Origin: an uncultured virus (IMG/VR IMGVR_UViG_3300016457_000183)
Taxonomy: Duplodnaviria > Heunggongvirae > Uroviricota > Caudoviricetes
DNA: 64,000 nucleotides
IMG/VR virus record: IMGVR_UViG_3300016457_000183
Direction: 5' to 3' (one strand)
The notes under the pieces were generated by a model. The model was given only the letters and a program-made list of their open reading frames with translations. It was not told where the DNA came from and ran no database searches. Of the stretch, positions 45,649-56,276 are shown piece by piece (position 1 is the first letter of the stretch; every line of letters begins with the position of its first letter). The translations under genes and the position numbers were made by a program.

Positions 45649-48600
45649 CTACTCTTCAAACAAATGATCACCTCCTTTCCAACAATCCCCAACTTCAATT
45701 TCAACCGGGATCACTAAATCTGTATTAGCCACAGGGCGCGTGTACAACTCCTGAATTAAACCAACAACTTCATCCAAAACACTCTCATGAACTTCCACCA
45801 TTATAGCATCATGAAGTTGGATTATCACTCTCGCATCTAGCCCGCGTTCGTTAAAAATCATTTGGAGCATCCAAAGCGTCTGATTAGTATGATCTGCGAC
45901 AGTACTATTATGAACCAAATAACCTTGGCACACGTAGTAGGGTCGCGGGCCTTGTACGGTTAAATCGTACATCTCTACAACCCGGCCTGTACTCCTAACT
46001 TGAGTAACTTCGAAAAAGGTGGACTTGAAGAAAAGATCGAGTTCGTTTCGTTCCTCGGGACTAAACAGAGACCTAAACCTTGTATACAACTCTCGAGCAT
46101 GGTCATATGATAAACTCTTCTCCTGTATCAGTCTACGAAGTTGAACTTGTTCTGTCTCAGAAAGGCCTCGAGAAGGTAGATGTCGGAAAACCTTAGAAAG
46201 GTACAAGTAAGCCGTTTCAGGAAGCGGAGACCCTCCTTTCAAACCTCTCTTTCTGATCTTAGGAAGCGCGTCTCTCTTTACTAGAACAGGTTTATAAAAA
46301 GAAACATTCCCTTTCACAGTATTAACTTTAGGCAAAAATGAATCTTCTAGCTCCTTCAATTTATTATTCAGGGTATTCACCTCAGGAACTACTAACAGCT
46401 CCCCTTTTTGCAAATCTCGGACAAACCGTTCTTGAATCCCGTCCTTTGTTAGTACTAACACGCGATGATCGCCGCTTGCGTATAGTGGTGGTCCAAAAGA
46501 AGTAGTAATCTCTACTTCTTCCTTCCAACGAGGTCCTTGTAGAACGGCAGGAGTGAACTCCTTGCTGTCAAAAACTCTAACTCCGTCACACTCTTCAACC
46601 GGTATGTAACCATACTCTGTTAGAACAAGAGAACCCTTACACACGCATTGCGGAAGAAAATTCAGGGCTTGTCTTTCCCACACAGGCATAAACGCACAAT
46701 CTCGAGGAAAGATGCGCGTCCTTCCAAAAACATTTCGAAGTTCTCGCTGCTCCCGAGCGGTTTGTACGGCGTAGTCCAAAAACGTTGGAATCTCAGGATA
46801 GGCTTCAAACAACGAGTCAACGATTCTTTGTGCCTCTTCTAGTGAAAGCTTGAACTGATCAGCCATGCTACGCGCCCCGCGGCCGTAGCTGATACCATAA
46901 ACGGCAAACTTTGCCAGTTTCCGTTCAATATCTCCTTTCTTAACCTTTTTCTTAAATATCCGCTCTGCCGTTTGAATATGAAAATCTTCACCCGAGTTTA
47001 ACTGGTCGAGCATGGTCTTACACCTTGCATACCACGCGAGAGCATACAATTCAGCACTGTTCAAATCTGCCTCTATGAACTTGTACCCCTTAGGTACAGT
47101 GAAAATAGATCTAACTGCGGATTTAGGAATTGTCTGAATAGGAGGGTCTGCAGCACTTAATCTACCGGTCACAGTACCGGTAACTTTAAAATCTGGGTGT
47201 ACTCTCCCATCATTTTCAACAAACTTCCAAATCCCTCCTTTACCTCCAGAAAGGTAAGTAGAGAGTAACTTTTGACGGGCTCTGAGTTTGAGCAACGAAG
47301 TAATTACAGCGGACTTCTTGGGATCAGAGCCTACTTTAGACTTCAGCTTCTGTAAGGTTCCCTCATCAGCCGATGCGTTTCCTGTCGGGGACCTCTTCAC
47401 TATAGGAAACTTCAAATCAGTATACAACGCCTTAGTCAACTGTTTAAAAGATTTGTAATTGAACTCATAACCCACTGCTTGAAAAAGCTGTTGTTCGTTC
47501 TGTTGAATCTCGGACACCACACGCTTCGTTAATTCGTCTACTCGTTTCTTATCAACAAGGATCCCTGTTAATTCAACATCGACCAAAGCGAGTTGTACCG
47601 GGAACTCAACTTTCCAGTACAGCTCCTCGTACCCTTTCTCTCGTATTTCCTCAATTTGCTTTAGGGCAATCATCCTTGTCACAATGGCGTCATGAGTTGC
47701 GTACTTGAACAATATTTCTTGCGGAATTTCTGCATATGACTTAATCTTATGCTCCTTCTTGAACTTCTCTAACTCTCGGTCGTACTTTGGGTAATCCAAA
47801 TACAGTGTAATAAGCGTATTCAAGTCAGCAGGGAGGTTCTCGTTCAACACGTGCTGAGCAATCATGGTATCGAAGTACATGTTAGTTACACAGAACCCGT
47901 TCCTCTTCAGGAACCGGAGGTCAAACTTGCAATTCTGGGCCACTTTACGGCATCGAGACGCAAGAATACGCTTGATGTAAGGAACAACAATCGGGTCATC
48001 CATTGGAATAGTATACCCAACCCAATCTTCAAAAGAGAGGGAGAGACAAATGATCGACGATCTAAACGGGTTCGTATCGGTCGTCTCCAAATCGAATGAC
48101 ATCAGTGTGTCTTCTGGGAGTGACTCTACCAACCTTGTCAACTCCTCAAGTGCTCCAAGGGTATTGATCTGGAAAATCAACGGAGAAGGTTCTGAGTAAG
48201 CCCCTTCAACAATTCTGGCCAACTTTCTCATATCAGCCTCGAACAGCCATCGAAGCTCGGGCTGTCTCATTACACCCGCCGGATGAATTGTGGGTAACAC
48301 AGGTCCTACTTCAGTACGGAGTAGGAACCCCCTAGCGGACAGAATAGAAGTAAGCTCACCTCTAGTTACATACTCAAGAGCTTGTCCACCAAATGTAACG
48401 ATCAATCTTGGGGAAATGCGTCGAAGTTCCGTATGAAGTCTGTCATAACAGAAAGTCCTCTTCACTTTAGGAACAGGAGTTAAGACCTCACAAACACAAG
48501 CATTAGTAATGTATAAATGTTCTCCACGGGTTTCTAAAAACTTATCAAAGGTTGGAGGTCTAGTACCAAGGATAGGAATGAGAAACTTGGCTATCTCTTC

Positions 48601-48771
48601 TCCTGACTTTCCAACAAACGGCCTTCCTTCAAAGAACTCATTAATACCCGGGCTCTGCCCAACTATACAAATAGGTGCGTGAACACTCCCTTCCGGAGGA
48701 ACAAACCTAAGGGAATTCCGATATAGAGGACAGGCACGGCAATACTCAAGAATGTGTGTATGCAACTCCAT
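45649..48771 (-). CDS. polA: Family A DNA polymerase with N-terminal family-4 UDG-like domain, 3'-5' exonuclease and intein
   Basis: GQSPG..E...FVGKSG...HPA; FDLETT, NCKFD, YATHD; TGRLS, ADLNSAEL, RKLAKFAVYGISYG, LHDAI. Confidence 0.93.
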   Translation of the reverse strand: MELHTHILEYCRACPLYRNSLRFVPPEGSVHAPICIVGQSPGINEFFEGRPFVGKSGEEIAKFLIPILGTRPPTFDKFLETRGEHLYITNACVCEVLTPVPKVKRTFCYDRLHTELRRISPRLIVTFGGQALEYVTRGELTSILSARGFLLRTEVGPVLPTIHPAGVMRQPELRWLFEADMRKLARIVEGAYSEPSPLIFQINTLGALEELTRLVESLPEDTLMSFDLETTDTNPFRSSIICLSLSFEDWVGYTIPMDDPIVVPYIKRILASRCRKVAQNCKFDLRFLKRNGFCVTNMYFDTMIAQHVLNENLPADLNTLITLYLDYPKYDRELEKFKKEHKIKSYAEIPQEILFKYATHDAIVTRMIALKQIEEIREKGYEELYWKVEFPVQLALVDVELTGILVDKKRVDELTKRVVSEIQQNEQQLFQAVGYEFNYKSFKQLTKALYTDLKFPIVKRSPTGNASADEGTLQKLKSKVGSDPKKSAVITSLLKLRARQKLLSTYLSGGKGGIWKFVENDGRVHPDFKVTGTVTGRLSAADPPIQTIPKSAVRSIFTVPKGYKFIEADLNSAELYALAWYARCKTMLDQLNSGEDFHIQTAERIFKKKVKKGDIERKLAKFAVYGISYGRGARSMADQFKLSLEEAQRIVDSLFEAYPEIPTFLDYAVQTAREQRELRNVFGRTRIFPRDCAFMPVWERQALNFLPQCVCKGSLVLTEYGYIPVEECDGVRVFDSKEFTPAVLQGPRWKEEVEITTSFGPPLYASGDHRVLVLTKDGIQERFVRDLQKGELLVVPEVNTLNNKLKELEDSFLPKVNTVKGNVSFYKPVLVKRDALPKIRKRGLKGGSPLPETAYLYLSKVFRHLPSRGLSETEQVQLRRLIQEKSLSYDHARELYTRFRSLFSPEERNELDLFFKSTFFEVTQVRSTGRVVEMYDLTVQGPRPYYVCQGYLVHNSTVADHTNQTLWMLQMIFNERGLDARVIIQLHDAIMVEVHESVLDEVVGLIQELYTRPVANTDLVIPVEIEVGDCWKGGDHLFEE
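45907..46647 (-). mobile_element. Intein (247 aa, no clear LAGLIDADG motifs) in the DNA polymerase
   Basis: NFLPQ|CVCKGSLVLT...SGDHRV...MYDLTV...YLVHN|STVAD. Confidence 0.9.
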
Positions 48772-48798
48772 CTCAATAACCTCCTCAGTTACGGTTAA

Positions 48799-49257
48799 TT
48801 ATTTGCCAGTAGAACCAGCGCCACCGCCCCGATTGTGTAAAGAAGCGGGCAACGCATCGACTGTCACTAACTCCAAACGCTCTAGTGGTAGGATCAGCAT
48901 TTGGAGGACTCGCTCACCAGTGTGTACTACTAAAGCACTGTCAGAAAGGTTAGTCACAAAAGGCTCAACAAAGTCGAGGTAACCAGGATCGTAAACAGAT
49001 AAACACAGTAAACCCTGTCGTCGCCAGGAAGACCTTGGTACAATTAAGGCAAAGTAGTTTCTTGGTAAAGCCATGCGAAAGCCGCAGTGCAACTTAACTG
49101 TTGCTTGACTAGGGATTAAGTAATCTCCGGGGGAATCACCAAGCGAAGGGGATACCGTGTGAGTAACCAAATCGTAGCCGGCGGAGAACTGCTCACCTCT
49201 ACGAGGGACGTAAATCTTATCAAGGGCCTCAATCAAAATATCCTCTGGAAACAACAT
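48799..49257 (-). CDS. dut: Trimeric dUTPase
   Basis: SAGYDL, PRSS, YDPGY, GERVLQM, RGGGAGSTG. Confidence 0.9.
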   Translation of the reverse strand: MLFPEDILIEALDKIYVPRRGEQFSAGYDLVTHTVSPSLGDSPGDYLIPSQATVKLHCGFRMALPRNYFALIVPRSSWRRQGLLCLSVYDPGYLDFVEPFVTNLSDSALVVHTGERVLQMLILPLERLELVTVDALPASLHNRGGGAGSTGK

Positions 49258-49271
49258 TACCTAACCTCCTT

Positions 49272-50096
49272 TCAGTTACCTAAATAGTTAAACAGCGCAA
49301 AATTAAAATCCGATGACCAAGCAAACGCGACAGCGTTGTGTGCATGAATACTCTCGAAATGAGTAACTTTAATCAGGTAAGGGAGCGCACGCTTTTCGAG
49401 TTCAAGACCAATCAACCGAACCATATCCTCTACAAAAACAGGGTTCAAATAAGCACGCTCTGTTACGTATTTCTCATCAACCCGCTTCAAGCATTCCCTG
49501 ATTGGCGCGCTAGCGCCATTTTCGACCACACCCACTAAATCTTCAAACAGGACCTCGTTGTTGGGGGGAGTGGTAACTGTGACAGAGGCAACTGATCGCT
49601 GATTATGCGCTCCAAACTGAGAAATTTCCTTACTACAAGGACATAATGACGTGTAAGGAACGTCAACACTTATCAGTATATAATCAGGGTACCCTTTCAT
49701 CCTAATACCTGTAACTTTAACTTCAACGGGTAGAAACTGATCGATCTCACTCACAGGAGCAGTAGTAGAAACTAAATAAGTAAAAGATACCTCTACTCGT
49801 GCATTCTCGTTCTCTAATCGACCTGTAACTGCACCTAACGTGTCGGAAACGTTTTGGGTTAACAACTTCTTCTCAGAAAAGACGTCCTGAATTACCTCGT
49901 AAAAACGCGACATATGAACGCCTTTCACTTCCGGGTTTAAAGAACAATACACATTAAAACTTCCAAGTGTTTGCATAAATATTTCAGTAAGAGGGTAGTA
50001 AACGTAAACAGGGTACCGGATACCCTCGACTCCTACCCAAGGTAAGTAAACTTTAGGAAATCCTTCACTTCGTGATTGTACATCAGGAACGCTCAT
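49272..50096 (-). CDS. folE2: GTP cyclohydrolase IB
   Basis: PDVQ, KGVHMSRF, TSLCPCSKEIS..GAHNQRS, KRVDEKYVTE, FVEDMVR, ESIHAHNA. Confidence 0.93.
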   Translation of the reverse strand: MSVPDVQSRSEGFPKVYLPWVGVEGIRYPVYVYYPLTEIFMQTLGSFNVYCSLNPEVKGVHMSRFYEVIQDVFSEKKLLTQNVSDTLGAVTGRLENENARVEVSFTYLVSTTAPVSEIDQFLPVEVKVTGIRMKGYPDYILISVDVPYTSLCPCSKEISQFGAHNQRSVASVTVTTPPNNEVLFEDLVGVVENGASAPIRECLKRVDEKYVTERAYLNPVFVEDMVRLIGLELEKRALPYLIKVTHFESIHAHNAVAFAWSSDFNFALFNYLGN

Positions 50097-50914
50097 GCTA
50101 CCTCCTTATACACAAATTCTCTTAAACTCATAAAAGAACCCGAGGTCACCTCCAAACACGGGGAGTCCCACAGTTGAGAAGTATCTGAAGGAGATCCGTC
50201 TAAACAGAAAACGGCGTAAGTCTTCACTAAGTAGGTCTGATAGAGTTCTACAGCTGCTCTCACTGATTCTTCCCACGAATCATCATCCCAAAATACAAGG
50301 AACTTCCTAACCCCCTTTGCTAAGAGTTGGTTAGTTACAGACGAAGAAATAAAGTGTCCAAAAACACAAACGGCCAAACCTTCCAAACGATAATAATCAA
50401 AAATACCTTCAACAAAAATCGCAAAGTCTCCAACTAGCTTATCAGCACCTAGCAAAACCCCGTTCTTACGGAATCCCTTCTTAGTCAAATACTTCGGTGC
50501 GTCAGGTGCACTAGAAAACAGGCGAATCTGAAAATTATCCTGATCTATAGGAATCACTAAACCATAACCCTGAGTAAAGAAAACTAAGTTCACCTTCTGA
50601 AAACGATCGAGTGCGTGTTTCCTCTCAAGAAGACGATAAACTTCGGGGAATTGATCTCGAACCTCTGTCAAACTATACTCAACAAACCTACGAGGATCCC
50701 AAGTTGAAGAAGAGTCAGTGTGTCCCGAACTCAGAAATCCTCGGTAAGGAACTAAAGACTTTCGGTCCAACTCAGATGAACGACCTTTACTACCACATCG
50801 AAAACAAAGATAGCGTTTAGCTGCCCAATTTACATACAACTTCCCTTTTACATCAGGAGACTTTCCTCTATAATGGCAAAAAGGGCAATAGTATCGTTCC
50901 CATTCAGTAGTCAT
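50093..50914 (-). CDS. DNA primase (Zn finger plus TOPRIM)
   Basis: CPFC...CFRC; KYL; FVEGIFD; FWDDD. Confidence 0.85.
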   Translation of the reverse strand: MTTEWERYYCPFCHYRGKSPDVKGKLYVNWAAKRYLCFRCGSKGRSSELDRKSLVPYRGFLSSGHTDSSSTWDPRRFVEYSLTEVRDQFPEVYRLLERKHALDRFQKVNLVFFTQGYGLVIPIDQDNFQIRLFSSAPDAPKYLTKKGFRKNGVLLGADKLVGDFAIFVEGIFDYYRLEGLAVCVFGHFISSSVTNQLLAKGVRKFLVFWDDDSWEESVRAAVELYQTYLVKTYAVFCLDGSPSDTSQLWDSPCLEVTSGSFMSLREFVYKEVA

Positions 50915-52286
50915 TTCTACTCTCCGGAAAGGACCGGGGTATCTTAGCCTTATCAATTTTAGTAATAGGGGGACAGTAAAAAGTAGCCGTAGGATAATGA
51001 AGCTCGACCTGGCATCCGTAATAGGATGAGCACCTTCTTGAATAGTCAAGAGAGATATCAAAAATCCGACTGGCAAGAACTGCCGACTCGGTAAACTGAG
51101 TTAGGTCAGACATAGTAATAACGTGATCACAATCATAAATAATCGCATAACTATGTCCAATCTGTGAACCCTTAATTCTCTCTTTAAGTCCGCTCTTTAA
51201 CCGATTTGCTTCCTGCATCTTCATAGCTTCTCTAGTAGTTCGCGCAATTGTCCACAAAGCAACATTTTTCTCTTTAGCAAAATCGTGTAACCATTCAAAT
51301 ACATCCGTCCCTACTGCATACAACCTTGAACGATCTGAGATGTTCTCAGATTTAATCAAATTCGCATAATCAATCAGAACTAAATCAAAAGAGTCACCAA
51401 TTACATCACACAACTGATCATACTTCGCCTCAATCGCTGAGAACGAGGCTCTCTTAGAAGGAATATCTACTAACTTAAGAGCTGCTGGAGGTCGTAAAAA
51501 ATACTTTAGATAGCGTTCTATTAAAGTAGCATTCTTCGCGTAATTCTCCTCGGAAATCCGGAGCGGGGACTGCCCAAACTGATTCACTAAGGTAAGGTCG
51601 TACCGCATAGCGACCTCAATAGCGGGCATTTCTAAAGTAAAATGAATAACCTTAACCTTCCCTACCACAAGTGCATGCGCTCCGATCCAGTTCAATAAAT
51701 AAGACTTTCCCACTTTAGGTGGCGCAATGATAAGAGCAACCTCTCCAGGCAAGACAAACCGAAAAGTCCCAAGTTCAAAAGGAGTAGGAACTCCCAAACG
51801 TTGACGAAGTGATTGCCAGTGCTCGATCCTCTTTGAAATGTCGTCACTCAAATCAAGCACGCCAGTAGACTTCTCTAAGATTGCCAGATTCTTAAATAGA
51901 GAGGGAAGTTGATCAACTTTACCCTTTGTGAGTAACTGGGAAGCTTTTTGCAGATACCTTTGAGCACGTCTGAATTTAACCCACTTAAGAATTTCTTCAG
52001 CAATGTACTTCCTATCTCCTTCTTGCCAAGTACACTCAGACCACTCAGTAAAAAACTCAGAAGCCAGCTGCAACTCTTCTGGGGTTAACTTCTGCTGAGA
52101 TATCTCCTTAAAGGCGTTCAAGACCACTTCAGGGTGTGGTAGGGTCTTATACTGAAGAATCAAATCTCGGATCGCTCGGAAAAGGAATTGGTAAACCGGC
52201 TGAACAAAATCTTGTTCCTCAACCATCAGGAGCAGCTCAACATCTCGTACCGTAACGAAATAAACAAGGACCCAAACTTCCTTCAT
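50904..52286 (-). CDS. DnaB-like replicative helicase
   Basis: APPKVGKS, HFTLEM, LVLIDYANL. Confidence 0.85.
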   Translation of the reverse strand: MKEVWVLVYFVTVRDVELLLMVEEQDFVQPVYQFLFRAIRDLILQYKTLPHPEVVLNAFKEISQQKLTPEELQLASEFFTEWSECTWQEGDRKYIAEEILKWVKFRRAQRYLQKASQLLTKGKVDQLPSLFKNLAILEKSTGVLDLSDDISKRIEHWQSLRQRLGVPTPFELGTFRFVLPGEVALIIAPPKVGKSYLLNWIGAHALVVGKVKVIHFTLEMPAIEVAMRYDLTLVNQFGQSPLRISEENYAKNATLIERYLKYFLRPPAALKLVDIPSKRASFSAIEAKYDQLCDVIGDSFDLVLIDYANLIKSENISDRSRLYAVGTDVFEWLHDFAKEKNVALWTIARTTREAMKMQEANRLKSGLKERIKGSQIGHSYAIIYDCDHVITMSDLTQFTESAVLASRIFDISLDYSRRCSSYYGCQVELHYPTATFYCPPITKIDKAKIPRSFPESRNDY

Positions 52287-52657
52287 ACTACCTCCATAAC
52301 ACGTCGGAAGAACCCAACAACGGAACTTTTACGAGAAGCGTACTGCAAAATCAACCTCCAGTCACTGAAGGAAGTCTCTCGAATTATCTCCTCGAAATAA
52401 CGAGGGGCCAACTGTCGTATACCATACTCTTTCAAATAATTATTCAACCGCATTAACTGCTTAACAGACTTAAGGTTGTCAAATAACTCTATACCAAAGC
52501 GGGGATAAACTCTTCTCAATACAAAAACTAGGTCTGCAGCTAGGTCCTGGAGCTCAAGCTGGGTCAAGTACGTGAACATCTCCAAACCTTTTATACAAAG
52601 CAATTCTGAAATTACCTTGTGATCGGAGAACAGGAGGGAACTGGTCCCATATATCAA
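52283..52657 (-). CDS. Hypothetical protein (start possibly 52579)
   Basis: In-operon ORF, ATGA overlap with the helicase gene. Confidence 0.5.
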   Translation of the reverse strand: MIYGTSSLLFSDHKVISELLCIKGLEMFTYLTQLELQDLAADLVFVLRRVYPRFGIELFDNLKSVKQLMRLNNYLKEYGIRQLAPRYFEEIIRETSFSDWRLILQYASRKSSVVGFFRRVMEVV

Positions 52658-53894
52658 AAAAAGCTAGTCGTTTACCCTCTTCAAATCGAAGACCACGTCC
52701 AATTCGTTGAATTATAGCAATCTGAGATCTCACACATGCCGCATTTATTATCGAATAAATCGAGTGATTATCAACGCCTTCCTCAATAACACGAGTGGCA
52801 ACCAAAACACCTCTTTCTAACTTCCTAGCTGCCTCCCTTTCTTCCAACCTGGACTTATAACTCACAGTCAAACTCCCAGGTATCAAACTCTTTAACTGCT
52901 CTAAATGGTTCATTCGATGAACTAAGACCAAAACTACTTTCTGTGTACGTTGGAGCTCTAAATCACACAGTAATTTAATCAAAGCGTTACGATCCTGATC
53001 TAAAGCTACGAACTGCTGATAGATCCAATTACTGTCTTGTAAGCGCCAACCAGGTACGGGATAACGCTTGTTTGAATACTTTAGAACGTAAAAATCAACA
53101 GGGCACAACAACTTCTCCTTCAAACCCACAGAAAGATCTGCCACATCAACCCGGTCCCCAAAGAGAACTCTCAATTTCTCATCAAGTCGATCGCTCCGAC
53201 CAGAAGGAGTCGCTGTAAATCCATACCAACGAGGCGCTTCTGTATGCATCAGAGTCTGAATATAACTAGGTGCTAGCGCATGGACACACTCATCTACTAG
53301 TACCACATCAGCCTTAAAAGGAAGAGAACGTAAGCTCTGAAATGTAGCAACTACTATCTGACTATCGAACTCTTTTCGTCCTCCAAAAACGCGCCCGAAC
53401 TCTAGTTGAGGCATCCAGTCCCGTAGTCGTTCATAATTCTGTTTAGCGAGGCCCTTGTTATGGACAAGGATCAAGACTTTAGAATTGCGGAAAGCATAAA
53501 CAAGGGCTCCGATCAAGTAAGTCTTACCAATCGATGTAGGGCCCACTACAAGAGCTGATCGCTTGGAAAGAATGTTATCTAGCGCAGTTCGCTGAAATGG
53601 TTTAAGCTCGTAAGGAAGGTCATCTAAAGAGAGAGGAGTACATTCAGTAGTATCATCTTCAACTTCCAACTTGATGGAAGAAGGGAACAAACTCAGAAAG
53701 GGAGACGGGAAATAACGATTCTCAAAGAAATACTCCTTCTTATCGGAGGACCACGAAACGTGCCGTCCCTTATGAGGTTCATACTTAATCCTCATTGAAG
53801 AAACAGGAAATGAAAGTGCGCTCTTAACTAAGTCCTTCTCAACTTCAGAAGCTTCTATTACCTCAGCAAGCGGGCCCTTAACTCTAACTTTCAT
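52554..53894 (-). CDS. Superfamily 2 helicase (UvsW-like)
   Basis: PTSIGKT, VDECVH, GFTATP, EGVD, QRIGRGLR. Confidence 0.88.
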   Translation of the reverse strand: MKVRVKGPLAEVIEASEVEKDLVKSALSFPVSSMRIKYEPHKGRHVSWSSDKKEYFFENRYFPSPFLSLFPSSIKLEVEDDTTECTPLSLDDLPYELKPFQRTALDNILSKRSALVVGPTSIGKTYLIGALVYAFRNSKVLILVHNKGLAKQNYERLRDWMPQLEFGRVFGGRKEFDSQIVVATFQSLRSLPFKADVVLVDECVHALAPSYIQTLMHTEAPRWYGFTATPSGRSDRLDEKLRVLFGDRVDVADLSVGLKEKLLCPVDFYVLKYSNKRYPVPGWRLQDSNWIYQQFVALDQDRNALIKLLCDLELQRTQKVVLVLVHRMNHLEQLKSLIPGSLTVSYKSRLEEREAARKLERGVLVATRVIEEGVDNHSIYSIINAACVRSQIAIIQRIGRGLRFEEGKRLAFFDIWDQFPPVLRSQGNFRIALYKRFGDVHVLDPA

Positions 53895-54879
53895 TAAAAA
53901 CCTCCTTTAGTGCATCTCCTCGTATCTCTAACGACTTTCCTTTCCTAACCACCTTGAAAAGGGCCATGTAAGAATAGTGACTCTGACTAGTACTAGCTGA
54001 AAACATCAATGGGAACATAACACACTGTAATAGTTTAAAATAACGAAAATCGTTGAACAAAACAACTACGTACTTCACAAAGTTCTCATTCCGCTTAATC
54101 CAAGCCAGCACACGAAGAAATGAATGTCGTGAAACTAACCAAACAACAGCGCACGAGATCTTCAATAAAGGGAACTCGATCTGGTTCCTACTTAAGTCAT
54201 CCGAAACTACAGAAGACATAGCTTGTCGGATCTCTTCGCTCTCGGGGTCCGCAAGGTCGATCCAATAAAAAGCATCTGGCGCATACTTAAACGCCATCAA
54301 AGCCTTAATGTTGTAACACAACCAGCCAGACGATTCAATAGTAATGACACAGAAAGGGGTATTCTTACCCGTTCGAGAGATCAGAGAGCGCAACGTGAGC
54401 GAAATACGTTTAACCTGATCGTCCGAAAACCATTCAAAGTAAGGAACGACTTGGGGTAACTTAGAATAATAGTTAATCATATTTTCCTCTTTAAGAGCAA
54501 AGACGCGCCAATAACGCAGGACATCTTGATACAAGTACATCTTATAAACAACGCGTAACTGTCGCCTTATTATACGTTGCATTTTAAAAGGAAGATGTTT
54601 CGGAACTAGATAAGGGTAAAAGTACGAGACTTTCTCAGGTAACAAAACCTTATAAAAGAAGGGCATAGCATAAAAGTACTCCTTTAAAAGAGTTTCAGGA
54701 CGCCCAGCGTAACCAAATTCCGTCAGTGCGATTGACTCGCACTCAACGTGGAAAGGACAACTAAGACAGCGCGAGTCGACAAAACTGAAAAACCCCCTAC
54801 ACATAGAGGGGTTCTCAATCTGATAAGCTCTCCTAGCTCCGTAATTTAGCAAATAAAATTCACCTCGCTGTAACATCAC
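53884..54879 (-). CDS. Hypothetical protein with an N-terminal Cys cluster
   Basis: 331 aa ORF; CRG...CLSCPFHVEC. Confidence 0.6.
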   Translation of the reverse strand: MMLQRGEFYLLNYGARRAYQIENPSMCRGFFSFVDSRCLSCPFHVECESIALTEFGYAGRPETLLKEYFYAMPFFYKVLLPEKVSYFYPYLVPKHLPFKMQRIIRRQLRVVYKMYLYQDVLRYWRVFALKEENMINYYSKLPQVVPYFEWFSDDQVKRISLTLRSLISRTGKNTPFCVITIESSGWLCYNIKALMAFKYAPDAFYWIDLADPESEEIRQAMSSVVSDDLSRNQIEFPLLKISCAVVWLVSRHSFLRVLAWIKRNENFVKYVVVLFNDFRYFKLLQCVMFPLMFSASTSQSHYSYMALFKVVRKGKSLEIRGDALKEVFNES

Positions 54880-56276
54880 GCATGATGTGTTGTTAGAATT
54901 ACCTGAGGGAACAGTTTAACCACTTCAGAAGACAACAAAGACATCAACAGACTAAAGAAGGTCTCATCCAAAGAATCCCCAATGGAGTCGAGGAGTAAAG
55001 GGAACTGTTCTACGCCATGAAGCGCGGAAGTGATATAGGAAACAGCAACACGGAATACAGTAGCAACAAAATCACGTTGACCCACCGATAACTTGCCAAA
55101 AGGGCGTCCATCTACCACTAAATCGAAAGATGGTGTAAGAGTAACTTCTCTAAATGGTGAGCCAGTCAGTAACTTCGACGCTAGTGTAGAAACCGAGTTT
55201 AATAAAGGAACAGACACACTGTCCAAAAAGTCTCGAAGAGCAGCGCGAGCTTGCAACACTGTTTGACTTCTTAACAACTGTTCACGGAGTTCGAGTAGAC
55301 TAGCAAGAGAAGTCTCGCAAGCCTTCTTCCGCTCGATTAAAGCTAACATAGTCTTGTGATCTTCTACAGTAAGGCTTCGATCAATTCGGCGACGCTGTTC
55401 CTCTGTTAACGTTACTGCCATAGGTAACTGTGCGAGTTGACTACGAACGTTGGCTAATTCCTCCTGGACCTGAGTAAGTCTACCCTGAACCACGCTACGA
55501 TCAAATTGAGTAGAGCCACACACGGGGCAACTAGTACTCTGCACGTTACTAACTTTAGTAAGTAACTCGACCAAATAAGACAAAGTAGTCATTCTCTGAG
55601 TGAGCTTCTGCCGTTCACTTACAACATCCGGCTTCTCCCGAGCTTCTTGCTCTAAGAGGTACAATTGTTCGCGATGAAAATTCTCGCGGGAAACGTCAAC
55701 AGCCGCTAGTTCATCTAACTCCTTCTGAAGAGAAGTAATCTGTTCCTCAGAAACAGTAGATACGCTACGAACTCCGGGAGAAGTTAACGAATTAATCGCC
55801 TCCGTTACTACATCGAGGCGAAGTAGCTCGGAAATCATCTTCCTTCGCAATGGAGGTTTAGCTTGAGCAAGTAGTGCTGCCTCACGCTGATTGCAACAAA
55901 TCGTCGCCTTAAAAAGCGCCGCGGGAACAAGCTTATCCCTCCAAAAACCAGAAAGCTCGTTTAACTTCTTGATCTGAACATCGCCGTACTTAAAATTGAC
56001 ACGGGAAGGTTTCAAGTGACGTGTCAAGGAGAAAGGAACACCTCGAAATTCTCCTTCTAACTTAACAAGAGAAGCTCCAACTGAGCCCTCTCTAATATAA
56101 GACTCTGTACTTTCGTCAAGGACTCTGGACCCGTAGATAGCAAAACTAATCCCTTCAATCAATGAAGACTTACCACCGCCATTAGGAAGCACCACAACGT
56201 TTAAGCCAGAAGTGAACGTAAATTCAGAGTCCTCATAACAGTTAAAATTCACTAATCGTACATTTGATATCTTCAA
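54876..56276 (-). CDS. Rad50/SbcC-like ATPase
   Basis: PNGGGKSS, zinc hook CPVC, LSVGQ signature, LLLDS, ILTTH. Confidence 0.9.
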   Translation of the reverse strand: MKISNVRLVNFNCYEDSEFTFTSGLNVVVLPNGGGKSSLIEGISFAIYGSRVLDESTESYIREGSVGASLVKLEGEFRGVPFSLTRHLKPSRVNFKYGDVQIKKLNELSGFWRDKLVPAALFKATICCNQREAALLAQAKPPLRRKMISELLRLDVVTEAINSLTSPGVRSVSTVSEEQITSLQKELDELAAVDVSRENFHREQLYLLEQEAREKPDVVSERQKLTQRMTTLSYLVELLTKVSNVQSTSCPVCGSTQFDRSVVQGRLTQVQEELANVRSQLAQLPMAVTLTEEQRRRIDRSLTVEDHKTMLALIERKKACETSLASLLELREQLLRSQTVLQARAALRDFLDSVSVPLLNSVSTLASKLLTGSPFREVTLTPSFDLVVDGRPFGKLSVGQRDFVATVFRVAVSYITSALHGVEQFPLLLDSIGDSLDETFFSLLMSLLSSEVVKLFPQVILTTHHA

